NCBI GenBank assembly: GCA_052326585.1
Contig: JBKQLU010000005.1
Span: 471 to 64,470 of the forward strand
Reading direction: 5' to 3'
Source: Desulfobaccales bacterium
GTDB taxonomy: Bacteria; Desulfobacterota; Desulfobaccia; Desulfobaccales; 0-14-0-80-60-11
Length of the DNA stretch: 64,000 nt
Position numbers and translations under genes: made by a program. Each line of letters starts with the position of its first letter. Positions within the stretch are counted from its first letter, which is position 1. This document shows, piece after piece, positions 56,814 to 64,000 of this stretch. The notes under the pieces are model-generated. The model made no database searches and was not told where the DNA came from. It saw nothing but the letters and a program-made list of their open reading frames with translations.

Positions 56814-57155
56814 GGTGATTTCTCCTTGGTTTATGAAAAGTTATAGCTGCTAACCGAAAAGCTTGACCCAGGCCGGCGACGTTATGGCGTCTGGCTCGGG
56901 CGCATATTCGAGTCCGATGAACCTCCCATAGCCACCGAAGTGTGAAAAAGGCCTTGGTGACCTCCCGTGCCGGTTTAAGCCAAAAGATGAGCTAGCCTCG
57001 CCAGAGACTTTTGTTAAGCATAATTTTTGGCAAAAATCAATACGCGGCGCGCATTGCACAGATTTAGACCGCCGGCAGCCGGAGGATATCTGGAATTTTT
57101 ACCGCCGCCGCGATAATTAGCGATATTGGCAGGTAACTCGCGATAGACTGGCAAC

Positions 57156-57184
57156 AAAAAAGGCAGGGCCATGATGACCCTGCC
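57156..57184 (-). terminator. rho-independent terminator of the PEP-CTERM operon
   Basis: Minus strand reads GGCAGGG-9 nt-CCCTGCC followed by TTTTTTG, 30 nt after the stop at 57214. Confidence 0.7.
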
Positions 57185-57213
57185 TGGGATTGTCCCCGAG
57201 ATAAAAGGGCCGC

Positions 57214-57825
57214 TTAACTTTTCCTTAACTTCCTCCAGCCCAGCAGGCCAAGCAGTCCGGAGCCGAAAAGAAGCACGCTGGCCGGCAGCGGCACTGCCGA
57301 CACTGCCGATACTGTGACGGTTCCGGTGTAAGCGGACCACCGCACCTCGCCGCTCGAGGACGTCCCGTATAGCAACTCCGCCATGGATGGGGCGGTAGTG
57401 AAACCGTAAATTAGTAAATAAAAGTCGTTCGTCCCCGGCACGTCCTCGATATTCCCGGCAGTCACGCCACCGACCGTCAAAAACCCCCCGGGTTGCGCCG
57501 TCGGACTGTAATCGAACCCCATCGGCGTAGCCTGGGTGAGATTCAAACTATTCAGAGTGATTCCGGTGGTCGTGACCGAATAAGTCTGCGTGGGATCGAA
57601 AGTAATAGTGAATGAGCCCGTCACGGGGTCCACCGGCGCTGGGACCGAGCCACCAAGGAATTCGGTAAACCCACTGGCCTCAAACGTCACAAGGTCGGTC
57701 ACAGTGGCGGCGCTCGCTTGAGATATCATGGAGAGCACCAACAACAGCACGGGCACCATGAGCATGAGATGTTGGTAGGCGCTGGGTTTGGTTCCGGCGC
57801 AACCGCGGTCTTTTGGCTTTCTCAT
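57214..57825 (-). CDS. PEP-CTERM sorting-domain secreted protein
   Basis: Signal peptide. C-terminus is 'VPLPASVLLFGSGLLGLLGWRKLRKS' (PEP motif, TM helix, basic tail). Confidence 0.85.
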   Translation of the reverse strand: MRKPKDRGCAGTKPSAYQHLMLMVPVLLLVLSMISQASAATVTDLVTFEASGFTEFLGGSVPAPVDPVTGSFTITFDPTQTYSVTTTGITLNSLNLTQATPMGFDYSPTAQPGGFLTVGGVTAGNIEDVPGTNDFYLLIYGFTTAPSMAELLYGTSSSGEVRWSAYTGTVTVSAVSAVPLPASVLLFGSGLLGLLGWRKLRKS

Positions 57826-57860
57826 AACTACCTCTCTCCTAATGAGAATGTAATTTCAGA

Positions 57861-58550
57861 CTAACTTTTCCTTAACTTCCTCCAGCCCAGCAGGCCAAGC
57901 AGTCCGGAACCCAGCAGCCAGGCAGGGGCGGGCAGGGGAGCCGAGGGTGTGCCATCCATGGTGAGGGTGACATCGTCAAAATCACCCTGTGAATCAGTAG
58001 CAAAGTCTGTGGTGAGGAGAGAAATATCCAGGTCCTCTCCGATCATTACACCGCTGGCAGGGGAAGTGTAGCTAAGGGTTTCCAGTTCCCAATCCCCCGG
58101 GGCCGGCGGAGCGGGAGAAAGGTTGGCCAGCGGCAAAAAGCCGCCGTCGTAGCCGATTTGAATCGAATATTGCGGGTCAGCGGTAAAAAGATCATTGCGC
58201 AGCCCCAGGTAGACGGACAGGGTATAGGTGGTATTGGCGGCAATCGTGGTGGTCAACTGCTGGTATATCGTACCACCATTTTTATAAGCTACCTGGTTCC
58301 CATCCGGGGGGGGTGTGTTAAAGAAAGTCGTCCCCGTCCCCGTGTAGTTCCAGACGCCGCCATACGTACTTACGGTCTGATTCCAATCGTCAATACTTCC
58401 ATTAAAGGTGTCAGAAGCTAGCGCGGGCGACTCGAAGGAATAGTTGAGAACGGGTATGGCCGTTCCCCAGGCCACTCCCTGGGCAAAGAAAAAGATGCTT
58501 ACTATCCCGATTAGGCACCATATCCGAGGCCCGGGTCTCATCTTTTTCAT
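57861..58550 (-). CDS. PEP-CTERM sorting-domain secreted protein (N-terminal 'NYSFE' beta-sandwich-like domain)
   Basis: Signal peptide. C-terminus is 'APLPAPAWLLGSGLLGLLGWRKLRKS'. The last 46 nt match the neighbouring gene exactly. Confidence 0.85.
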   Translation of the reverse strand: MKKMRPGPRIWCLIGIVSIFFFAQGVAWGTAIPVLNYSFESPALASDTFNGSIDDWNQTVSTYGGVWNYTGTGTTFFNTPPPDGNQVAYKNGGTIYQQLTTTIAANTTYTLSVYLGLRNDLFTADPQYSIQIGYDGGFLPLANLSPAPPAPGDWELETLSYTSPASGVMIGEDLDISLLTTDFATDSQGDFDDVTLTMDGTPSAPLPAPAWLLGSGLLGLLGWRKLRKS

Positions 58551-58590
58551 CCTTCGACCTCCTTGCCCTGCCCAAATAGGTAGGATTGTT

Positions 58591-58632
58591 AAAATAAAAA
58601 AGCCGGATGGCCTCCCTCAAGGCAACCCGGCT
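58591..58632 (-). terminator. intrinsic terminator / riboswitch expression platform
   Basis: Minus strand reads AGCCGG-20 nt-CCGGCT followed by TTTTTTATTTT, about 40 nt upstream of the ATG at 58550. The 5' arm overlaps the aptamer 3' end. Confidence 0.6.
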
Positions 58633-58698
58633 GTCTCAATCGGACTAAAAGACCCGTGGCTTTCCGTCCCCGCCTCGCGACGGGTTTGGCTTTTTCGC
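58621..58698 (-). promoter_or_regulatory. c-di-GMP-I (GEMM-I)-like riboswitch aptamer
   Basis: Minus strand reads GCCAAACC-CGUC-GCGA-GGCG-GGGACGGAAAGCC-ACGGGUC...GACAGCCGGGUUGCC. This matches my memory of the GEMM-I core (GCAAACC, GNRA-capped hairpin, GGGACGCAAAGCC, second hairpin). Confidence 0.65.
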
Positions 58699-58901
58699 TA
58701 TCATACAATTAGCCATTAGTTTAACTATGTCAAGCCATTTTGAGGAATTGCCAAAAAAATGGAGTCTCATTATAAAAGATCTGCCACAGGCTCCGCGTCC
58801 CCGCTCGCGGCGGATTTCGCTTTATCAGCAATTTTTCCCGCCCCACCGCCAGGTGCCGATCCTGGCAGGTCAGTCTGCAATATGCCACAATGGAAAAATG
58901 G

Positions 58902-58935
58902 CAGAAAAGAAGAAGGCGGCCCGGAGGCCGCCTTC
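58902..58935 (-). terminator. rho-independent terminator after the OMP gene
   Basis: Minus strand reads GAAGGCGGCC-tccg-GGCCGCCTTC followed by TTCTTTTCTG, 23 nt after the stop. Confidence 0.75.
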
Positions 58936-58957
58936 TGGGACTAACCCGAGTCTCGAC

Positions 58958-59791
58958 TCAGAAGTGGTAAGCCACCCCCAGTTGGCCGCTGAACAACTGG
59001 TAGACCGGCTCAAGCTTGAAGCTGGTCGGGATGCCAAAGTCAATCCCGTTAAAGGTATAACTGGGCTGAGCATAACGATACTTGAAGGAGAGATCCACGG
59101 AGACATTCTTCAGGACCATGATCCGCAGGCCGGCATCCACCGCCAGGGCGATGTTGGTCGCCCCCTGGCTGCCACCGCTGCTGGTCAAATCTGTAGCACC
59201 GCCATTCACGTAGGTAGTGCTGAACTTCGGGCTCATGGAGGAGAACATAACGGCCGGGCCCACCGCCACATAGGGTTGGAGGCGGCCGAAGGGCACTTGC
59301 GCATCCGGATAGAAGCCGTAGCGGGCGGCGAACATGAAGGCCCAGGTGGCTATTGAGCCTTGACTGGTAAATTGCCCGGCATTGCTCAAAGCAAGACCGG
59401 CGAAAGGGGGGAGGCGGAAGCTGGTGCCGCTGATGGGGCCGTTCACCTCCAACCGCTGGAAGCTGAAATCGGTATAGAACCCGAAATACTTCATCCAGTC
59501 GGGATAGCCGCTATACCCGGCGAAGCCCCCCTTGACGAACCAGGTGCCGAGTTTTAGGCCGCCCAAGACGGTCGCCTCGGGTGTCCCAGAAAAATGCAGG
59601 TGGCTGTCTTCGGGGGCTATCCCGTTAATCGGCACAGCTTCATGGGTGCTAAAGGCTTGACCCAGATTAGATGCCGCCGTTCCACCCAGGTAGCCTTCCA
59701 CGTACATCTCGGCGCTGGCTGGAGCGGCCAGGGCGACCAGGGCCACGGCCAGGAAAAGCCCAAAAACCACAGAGACTGTCCGGCTTATCAT
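58958..59791 (-). CDS. outer-membrane beta-barrel protein (OmpW/OmpA-barrel-like)
   Basis: Signal peptide 'VALAAPASA', alternating beta-strand pattern, C-terminal 'GVAYHF' with terminal Phe. ATG at 59791 follows a G-rich RBS. Confidence 0.78.
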   Translation of the reverse strand: MISRTVSVVFGLFLAVALVALAAPASAEMYVEGYLGGTAASNLGQAFSTHEAVPINGIAPEDSHLHFSGTPEATVLGGLKLGTWFVKGGFAGYSGYPDWMKYFGFYTDFSFQRLEVNGPISGTSFRLPPFAGLALSNAGQFTSQGSIATWAFMFAARYGFYPDAQVPFGRLQPYVAVGPAVMFSSMSPKFSTTYVNGGATDLTSSGGSQGATNIALAVDAGLRIMVLKNVSVDLSFKYRYAQPSYTFNGIDFGIPTSFKLEPVYQLFSGQLGVAYHF

Positions 59792-59847
59792 GCTCTTTCC
59801 CCCCTTAATGGTTTCCAGTTTTTCCAAAAGCTCACTCTGCCCGGATT

Positions 59848-59877
59848 AACTTAGCGATCAACCTTGGGTTCTGTCAA
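59848..59877 (-). promoter_or_regulatory. sigma70-like promoter candidate for the OMP gene
   Basis: Minus strand reads TTGACA (59877-72), 18-nt spacer, TAAGTT (59853-48). Confidence 0.4.
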
Positions 59878-59953
59878 GAATTATCCGCATAAAATGAGGA
59901 ATGTTATCTCCCGGCAGACGTTGCTTTGTCAGGTTGCTCAAGGAAGGTTCAAA

Positions 59954-60122
59954 AATGTCATTCTGAGCGCAGCGAAGAATCTAGTGCGGCGCATTCTAGA
60001 CCCTTCGCTGCACTCAGGCTGACAAGGAAATCGGGGTTGGCAATAGCTTCTAGAGATTTGGCGCCGCGGGAAAAGATATTGGCCGGCCCGGTGGCCCAGG
60101 CAGTCACCGCCACCTCTTTTTG
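59954..60122 (+). repeat. ~170-nt repeat, copy A (long hairpin plus T-run)
   Basis: Starts 'aatgtcattctgagcgcagcgaagaatctag'. The arm pairs with 'ctagacccttcgctgcactcag'. Ends 'cacctcttttt'. Roughly three-quarters identical by eye to copy B. Confidence 0.85.
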
Positions 60123-60299
60123 ATCCCAAATGGACCGGCCCCGGATCCAAACTGAGGCCTGATTCTTAATACGAAGCCTGCGCCTCCCGAGGGGAGTAAG
60201 ATTTTTGCAACTATGATATCCTTTCCGACAAGTGCCTGGCATCGGGTTGCAGCCTGCGGGGAATAACAGAAGCCATTGCAAAACCCCAGCCTGCCCAGG

Positions 60300-60468
60300 A
60301 ATGTCATTCTGAGCGCAGCGAAGAATCTAGTCTCTGCGCCCTCTAGACCCTTCGCGTCGCTCCGACTGACAAGGCAATCAGGGTCGGCAACAACCCCTAG
60401 AGTTTTGCTCAGCGGAGAAAGATATTGGCCGCCCCAGTGGCCCAGTCAGTCACAGCAACCTATTTTTT
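60300..60468 (+). repeat. ~170-nt repeat, copy B
   Basis: First 32 nt identical to copy A. Shares 'ctagacccttcgc', 'ctgacaagg', 'gaaagatattggcc', 'gtggcccag' and 'cagtcac'. Ends 'acctatttttt'. Confidence 0.85.
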
Positions 60469-60494
60469 AAATAATATGAGATAGTAATCCCAAA

Positions 60495-61439
60495 TTGATG
60501 CCCAGAATGAAAAATATCGTGCTGTTGCTGGTAGTCTTCAGCAGCATGGTGGCAGGGGTGGTCTGGCCCGCTGAGACCCGTTTTTTGGGGGCCTACCTGT
60601 CGTGGCTGCTGATGGGTTTACTCTTCTTGGCCTTCCTGAAGGTGTTTCCGCCGGCCATTTGGGAGACCCTGCGGCGCGCTCCCCTGAAGCTGGCTTTATT
60701 AATCCTGGCCAAGTTGATCATGCTGCCCTGCATCCTGTACCTGGCGGCGGCAAAACTGATCCCGGCCTACGCCCTGAGTGTGCTCTTGCTGGCCGGGGCC
60801 TCCACCGGGTTATCCGCCGCCTTTATGGCGGGTTTAGCCGGGGCCAGCATTCCGCTGGCGCTGGCCATGACCGTGGTGACCACGTTGTTGCTGCCGGTAA
60901 GCCTGCCGCTGGTCGTCAAAATCATGCTTGGCCGGGAACTCCATTTCAACCTGGCGGGTCTGGCCGGATTATTGGCGGCCATGGTCTTCGTGCCTTTTTT
61001 CAGCGCGACGCTCTTCCGGCGAGTCTGCCCGAAGCTGTCGGACTGGCTGGAGGGGCAATCCTACCCCATCTCTCTGGTCCTGTTCGCGGCCGTTAACCTG
61101 GGGGCCTTTGGTCTCTATGCGCCGTTCTTGGTAGCACATCGGGCTCAGGTGGCCTTTGCCGTGTTGGTGGGCTTCTGTGTGGCGGCGTTTCTGGCGGGCA
61201 CCGGCATGGTCCTGTTCCGGTCCAGCCCGCCGTCCGAAAGGATGGCAGCGGCCGGGGCCCTGGGCTGGATCAATAATGTCATAGTCATTGTGATAGGCAG
61301 TTATTTCAATGACCCCCTCACCTCGGTGATGTCCGCCCTCTATTTGATTCCCTATTATGCCCTGATCATTCCCTTGAGCCATCTGGTCCAGACCTTGCGG
61401 CCGCGGCGGGATACCGGCAATCTCAAGAAACCTTATTAA
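60495..61439 (+). CDS. polytopic membrane transporter (bile acid:Na+ symporter / SBF-like fold suspected)
   Basis: 314 aa with about 9-10 hydrophobic helices. Family assignment is by general resemblance only. Start may be ATG 60498 or 60507. Confidence 0.45.
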   Translation: MMPRMKNIVLLLVVFSSMVAGVVWPAETRFLGAYLSWLLMGLLFLAFLKVFPPAIWETLRRAPLKLALLILAKLIMLPCILYLAAAKLIPAYALSVLLLAGASTGLSAAFMAGLAGASIPLALAMTVVTTLLLPVSLPLVVKIMLGRELHFNLAGLAGLLAAMVFVPFFSATLFRRVCPKLSDWLEGQSYPISLVLFAAVNLGAFGLYAPFLVAHRAQVAFAVLVGFCVAAFLAGTGMVLFRSSPPSERMAAAGALGWINNVIVIVIGSYFNDPLTSVMSALYLIPYYALIIPLSHLVQTLRPRRDTGNLKKPY

Positions 61440-61461
61440 TCCGGGCGCGCAACCGGCCCCA

Positions 61462-61491
61462 CCCCGCAACACGGCTGCGGGGCGGGTTTTT
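61462..61491 (+). terminator. terminator candidate after the transporter gene
   Basis: CCCCGCA-7 nt-TGCGGGG, then cggg, then TTTTT. Confidence 0.45.
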
Positions 61492-61540
61492 CGGCCCGCT
61501 CCGGCGACCCTGCCTGCTGGCCTGAGGAGATTAGCGGGGG

Positions 61541-62554
61541 CTAGATCAGTATGGCCCGGGGCGCCGCTTTGACATCCGCGGTTCCGGTTAAGAGCATGGC
61601 CTGAATAAGCTCGCTTTTCAGTTTATTGAGCAGAAAGGCAACCCCCTGGCGGCCGCCGCCCATAACCCCGATAATCAGGGGTCGGCCCACGAGAACCGCA
61701 TCGGCCCCCAGGGCCAGGAGCTTGAGAACATCGCCGCCGCAACGCACCCCACCGTCGGCAAAGATCAGCAGCCGGCCTTTGACCCGGGCGACAATGGCGG
61801 GAAGGACCTCGGCCGCCCCCGGGGTGTGATCGAGGGCCCGGCCCCCATGGTTGGAAACCACGATGGCCCCGGCGCCGGCGGCCACGGCGATCTCGGCTTC
61901 CTCGGGGGTCATGATGCCCTTGAGGATAAAGGGGAGCCGCGTCGCGCCGATCAATTCTTTGATTTCCGCGAAACTTTTGGGGCCGACGGGTTGGCCCTTG
62001 AGGGCCATGGGTAGCAAACCGGCCCCGTCAATATCCATGCCCACTGCCAGGGCGCCCGCGGCTGCGGCTGCCTGGAGATATTTGAGGGCCTCCTTCTGGG
62101 CCCGGGGTTTGGCAATGGGAATGCCCTTGCCGCCATGGCCGGCGATGGCCTTGAGGCCGCCTTCGTACATGAGGGGATCGGGGCCGTCGCCGCTCATGCC
62201 CAGGGTGCCGGCCAACAGGGAGCCGGCGATAATCTCCTGGAGAAAATCCTCTTCGGAAATTTTGCCGCCCATATTGGTGGAGACGCCGGTCATGGGCGCG
62301 GCCAGGATGGGCATAGAGAGGGTTTCCCCCCAGAGCTCGCAGGAAGTATCCGGCGCCCGGACATCGTGCAAGGTGCGCATATTGAAGCGATACCGGGCCA
62401 AGGCCTCCAGGTTGGCTGCAAAGGCGCGGCCGGTGCCAGCGCCGCCCATACCCGGCACTTCGCCGGCGCAAACCCGCCCGTCGCAAACCGGGCAGACCCG
62501 GCAATAGCCCTTTAATTTTTCTTTGGCACGATCCCGCAATTCAGATAGGTCCAT
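61541..62554 (-). CDS. FMN-dependent alpha-hydroxy-acid dehydrogenase/oxidase family protein with N-terminal Cys cluster
   Basis: 'IVVSNHGGRALD' and 'IFADGGVRCGGDVLKLLALGADAVLVGRP' TIM-barrel FMN blocks. N-terminus has 'CRVCPVCDGRVC'. ATG at 62554 follows AAGGAA. Confidence 0.82.
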   Translation of the reverse strand: MDLSELRDRAKEKLKGYCRVCPVCDGRVCAGEVPGMGGAGTGRAFAANLEALARYRFNMRTLHDVRAPDTSCELWGETLSMPILAAPMTGVSTNMGGKISEEDFLQEIIAGSLLAGTLGMSGDGPDPLMYEGGLKAIAGHGGKGIPIAKPRAQKEALKYLQAAAAAGALAVGMDIDGAGLLPMALKGQPVGPKSFAEIKELIGATRLPFILKGIMTPEEAEIAVAAGAGAIVVSNHGGRALDHTPGAAEVLPAIVARVKGRLLIFADGGVRCGGDVLKLLALGADAVLVGRPLIIGVMGGGRQGVAFLLNKLKSELIQAMLLTGTADVKAAPRAILI

Positions 62555-62890
62555 CCTACATTCCTTTGGGTGCATTTGGGCTGCGCCACATCCGTGGTTT
62601 GGAAAGGCAGCTGGCTAAAGGTTGGCGTTTTCAGGCCTGGGCGGTCTCCAGTTACACACGCTCATGAAAGCCAAAGCAGGAAACTTATTTCTCTGCCGTC
62701 TAATTTATCACCATTTTCCCTTGGGCGCTCTTGGGAAAAGTAGAGGGCTCAGTCTCTAGCCGCGCCAGCGGCGCGCCTGGGGCTCGCCTCAATCAGGGAG
62801 ACCCCAAGGCGGCTGATTAATGGTAAAATAGCCCGGGGCCTCACCCTGGGGGGCGCAAATAGATAAAGGTTATCGGAGGAGAGGGAAATT

Positions 62891-63625
62891 ATGTCTCACT
62901 GGGAAGAGATGAGCATGTTAGATTTCGAGGCGGCCCGGGATCAGGGCCATCCGGTGCTGCTGCCGGTGGGCTCCCTGGAGGAGCACGGGCCGCACCTGCC
63001 CCTGGGAACCGATACCTGGCACGCCCTGGAGGTGGCCCGGCGGGTGGCGGCCCTGCGGCCGGCGATCGTGGCCCCCCCGGTCTTTTACGGCCTCTGCCGC
63101 TCCACCCGGCAGCACCCGGGAACCGTCACCATCCAGGGAGACACCCTGCGGGCCCTTATCCGGGACCTGGGCCGGGAATTCCACCGCCAGGGGATGCGGC
63201 GCCTGGTTTTGATCAGCGGCCACGCCGGCGGCACCCATATCTCCGCCCTGCTCGAGGCCGGGGAGAGCCTGCTGGCGGAATTGCCCGAGCTGCGGCTGGC
63301 GGTGGTGAATATTTTGGACCTGCTCCGGGAGGTACTGGCCGCTAAGCCGCTCCTGGTGGCCACCCGCGGAGACTCTCATGCCGGAGAGGTGGAGACCGCC
63401 GTGATGCTGGCGGCCTATCCGGCCCTGGTCCAGGGCCGCGCCCCGGCGGAATGGCCCAATTTCCCCAAATATCGGCTGGTGCGGGACAAACGGCGCTACT
63501 GGCCGGGCGGGGTCTGGGGCGATCCCGGGGCCGCGAGCGCCGCCCAGGGCGAAGAGATTCTGGCCGCCGAGGCCCTGCGGCTCTGCCAATTGCTGGACGA
63601 ATTATGCCAGGAAAAAATTTTGTAA
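62891..63625 (+). CDS. creatininase family amidohydrolase
   Basis: 'LLPVGSLEEHGPHLPLGTD' and 'SGHAGG...GDSHAGEVETA'. Strong RBS GGAGGAGAGGG. Confidence 0.85.
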   Translation: MSHWEEMSMLDFEAARDQGHPVLLPVGSLEEHGPHLPLGTDTWHALEVARRVAALRPAIVAPPVFYGLCRSTRQHPGTVTIQGDTLRALIRDLGREFHRQGMRRLVLISGHAGGTHISALLEAGESLLAELPELRLAVVNILDLLREVLAAKPLLVATRGDSHAGEVETAVMLAAYPALVQGRAPAEWPNFPKYRLVRDKRRYWPGGVWGDPGAASAAQGEEILAAEALRLCQLLDELCQEKIL

Positions 63626-63729
63626 AACGGACCGGTATTTTTGACCTTTTCGGCTTGAAATAATTTTCTTGTAATGATACAAGAGAACTCACTGAGACTT
63701 CATCGGACAGGAGACAGGAAAACTTAAAT

Positions 63730-63978
63730 ATGATCGAACAAGCCCTGGAGCGCCTGGCAGACCGGGTATTGGCTTACGAAGAGACTGACCTTACCTCCCT
63801 CCTAAATCATTTTAAGACCCTCATCGAGCAACCTGATCCGACCCCGGAGTGGGAACGGGCGGTGATCGCCTATTTTCTTATTAATGGGGTCCGGGTGAAA
63901 AACGTCCTGAAACAGGGGAAGTCTCATAGAGCGGAGCGGCTTCCAGACAGCCGCCCGGCCCTGAGCCTGGTCAAATAG
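63730..63978 (+). CDS. hypothetical protein
   Basis: 82-aa ORF with an AGGAAAA RBS-like element 7 nt upstream. No family recognised. Confidence 0.4.
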   Translation: MIEQALERLADRVLAYEETDLTSLLNHFKTLIEQPDPTPEWERAVIAYFLINGVRVKNVLKQGKSHRAERLPDSRPALSLVK

Positions 63979-64000
63979 AGACTGCGGCAGCACTCAAAAT

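Noticed and set aside
57127-57141. TGGCAG-gtaac-TCGC with correct GG-N10-GC spacing on the + strand
   Set aside because: No + strand gene follows (downstream genes are on the minus strand), and the -12 element is imperfect. Likely a chance match.
60237-60251. sigma54 promoter-like TGGCAT-cggg-TTGCA between the two 170-nt repeats
   Set aside because: The GG-to-GC spacing is 9 nt instead of the strictly conserved 10 nt.
59954-60468. Possible CRISPR array
   Set aside because: Only two copies. Units are ~170 nt (far longer than CRISPR repeats), diverged, and separated by ~177 nt. No cas genes are present.
1-64000. Mobile elements, prophage, defence islands, tRNA or rRNA genes
   Set aside because: No integrase, transposase, recombinase, phage structural or known defence-gene signatures appear in any frame. 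No cloverleaf-like or rRNA-like sequence was noticed in intergenic regions. Only small non-coding repeats are present.

Overview
GC-rich (about 60% by eye) bacterial chromosomal window with no rRNA, tRNA, CRISPR, transposase or integrase genes. 1-15.7 kb (+) holds an almost complete S10-spc-alpha ribosomal supercluster, rplC to rplQ, including secY, adk, map, infA, rpmJ and rpoA. It has unusually long internal spacers and an L5 with a ~110-aa Ala/Lys/Gly/Glu-repeat N-terminal extension. 16-24 kb looks accessory. It encodes an NlpC/P60 lipoprotein, an Amidoligase_2-type COOH-NH2 ligase translationally coupled to a small Cys-motif protein, an orphan multi-PAS HisKA_3 histidine kinase, and two paralogous ~120-aa unknown proteins flanking an MBL-fold/TPR protein. 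24-30 kb is housekeeping: class-V aminotransferase plus serA, DUF1844, ispE, prs, pth. 30-33.3 kb carries a B12-binding radical SAM protein, an unknown protein and a sensor-domain-less sigma54 activator. 33.5-43.3 kb (-) is an 11-gene nuoABCDHIJKLMN operon with no room for nuoEFG. 43.5-48.2 kb (-) has kup preceded by a cytidylate-kinase-like gene, a DJ-1/PfpI protein and a Tat-signal aldo/keto reductase. pdxA follows on the + strand. 49.9-56.8 kb (-) has garR, a Liv-type ABC transporter and a tartrate-dehydrogenase-like gene. 57.2-59.8 kb (-) has two PEP-CTERM proteins behind what looks like a c-di-GMP-I (GEMM-I) riboswitch with a terminator, plus an outer-membrane beta-barrel protein. 60-64 kb has two ~170-nt direct repeats, a membrane transporter, an FMN-dependent dehydrogenase with an N-terminal Cys cluster, a creatininase-family protein and a small hypothetical. 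Intergenic DNA throughout is populated by several families of GC-rich hairpin repeats and by degenerate heptanucleotide tandem repeats. The best candidates for undescribed biology are the amidoligase cassette, the riboswitch-controlled PEP-CTERM operon, the duplicated unknown proteins around the MBL-TPR gene, and the repeat families. Taxonomy is inference only: the gene content (11-subunit Nuo, GEMM-I, PEP-CTERM, sigma54 activator, PAS kinases) suits a Desulfobacterota/deltaproteobacterium-like or similar anaerobe lineage.
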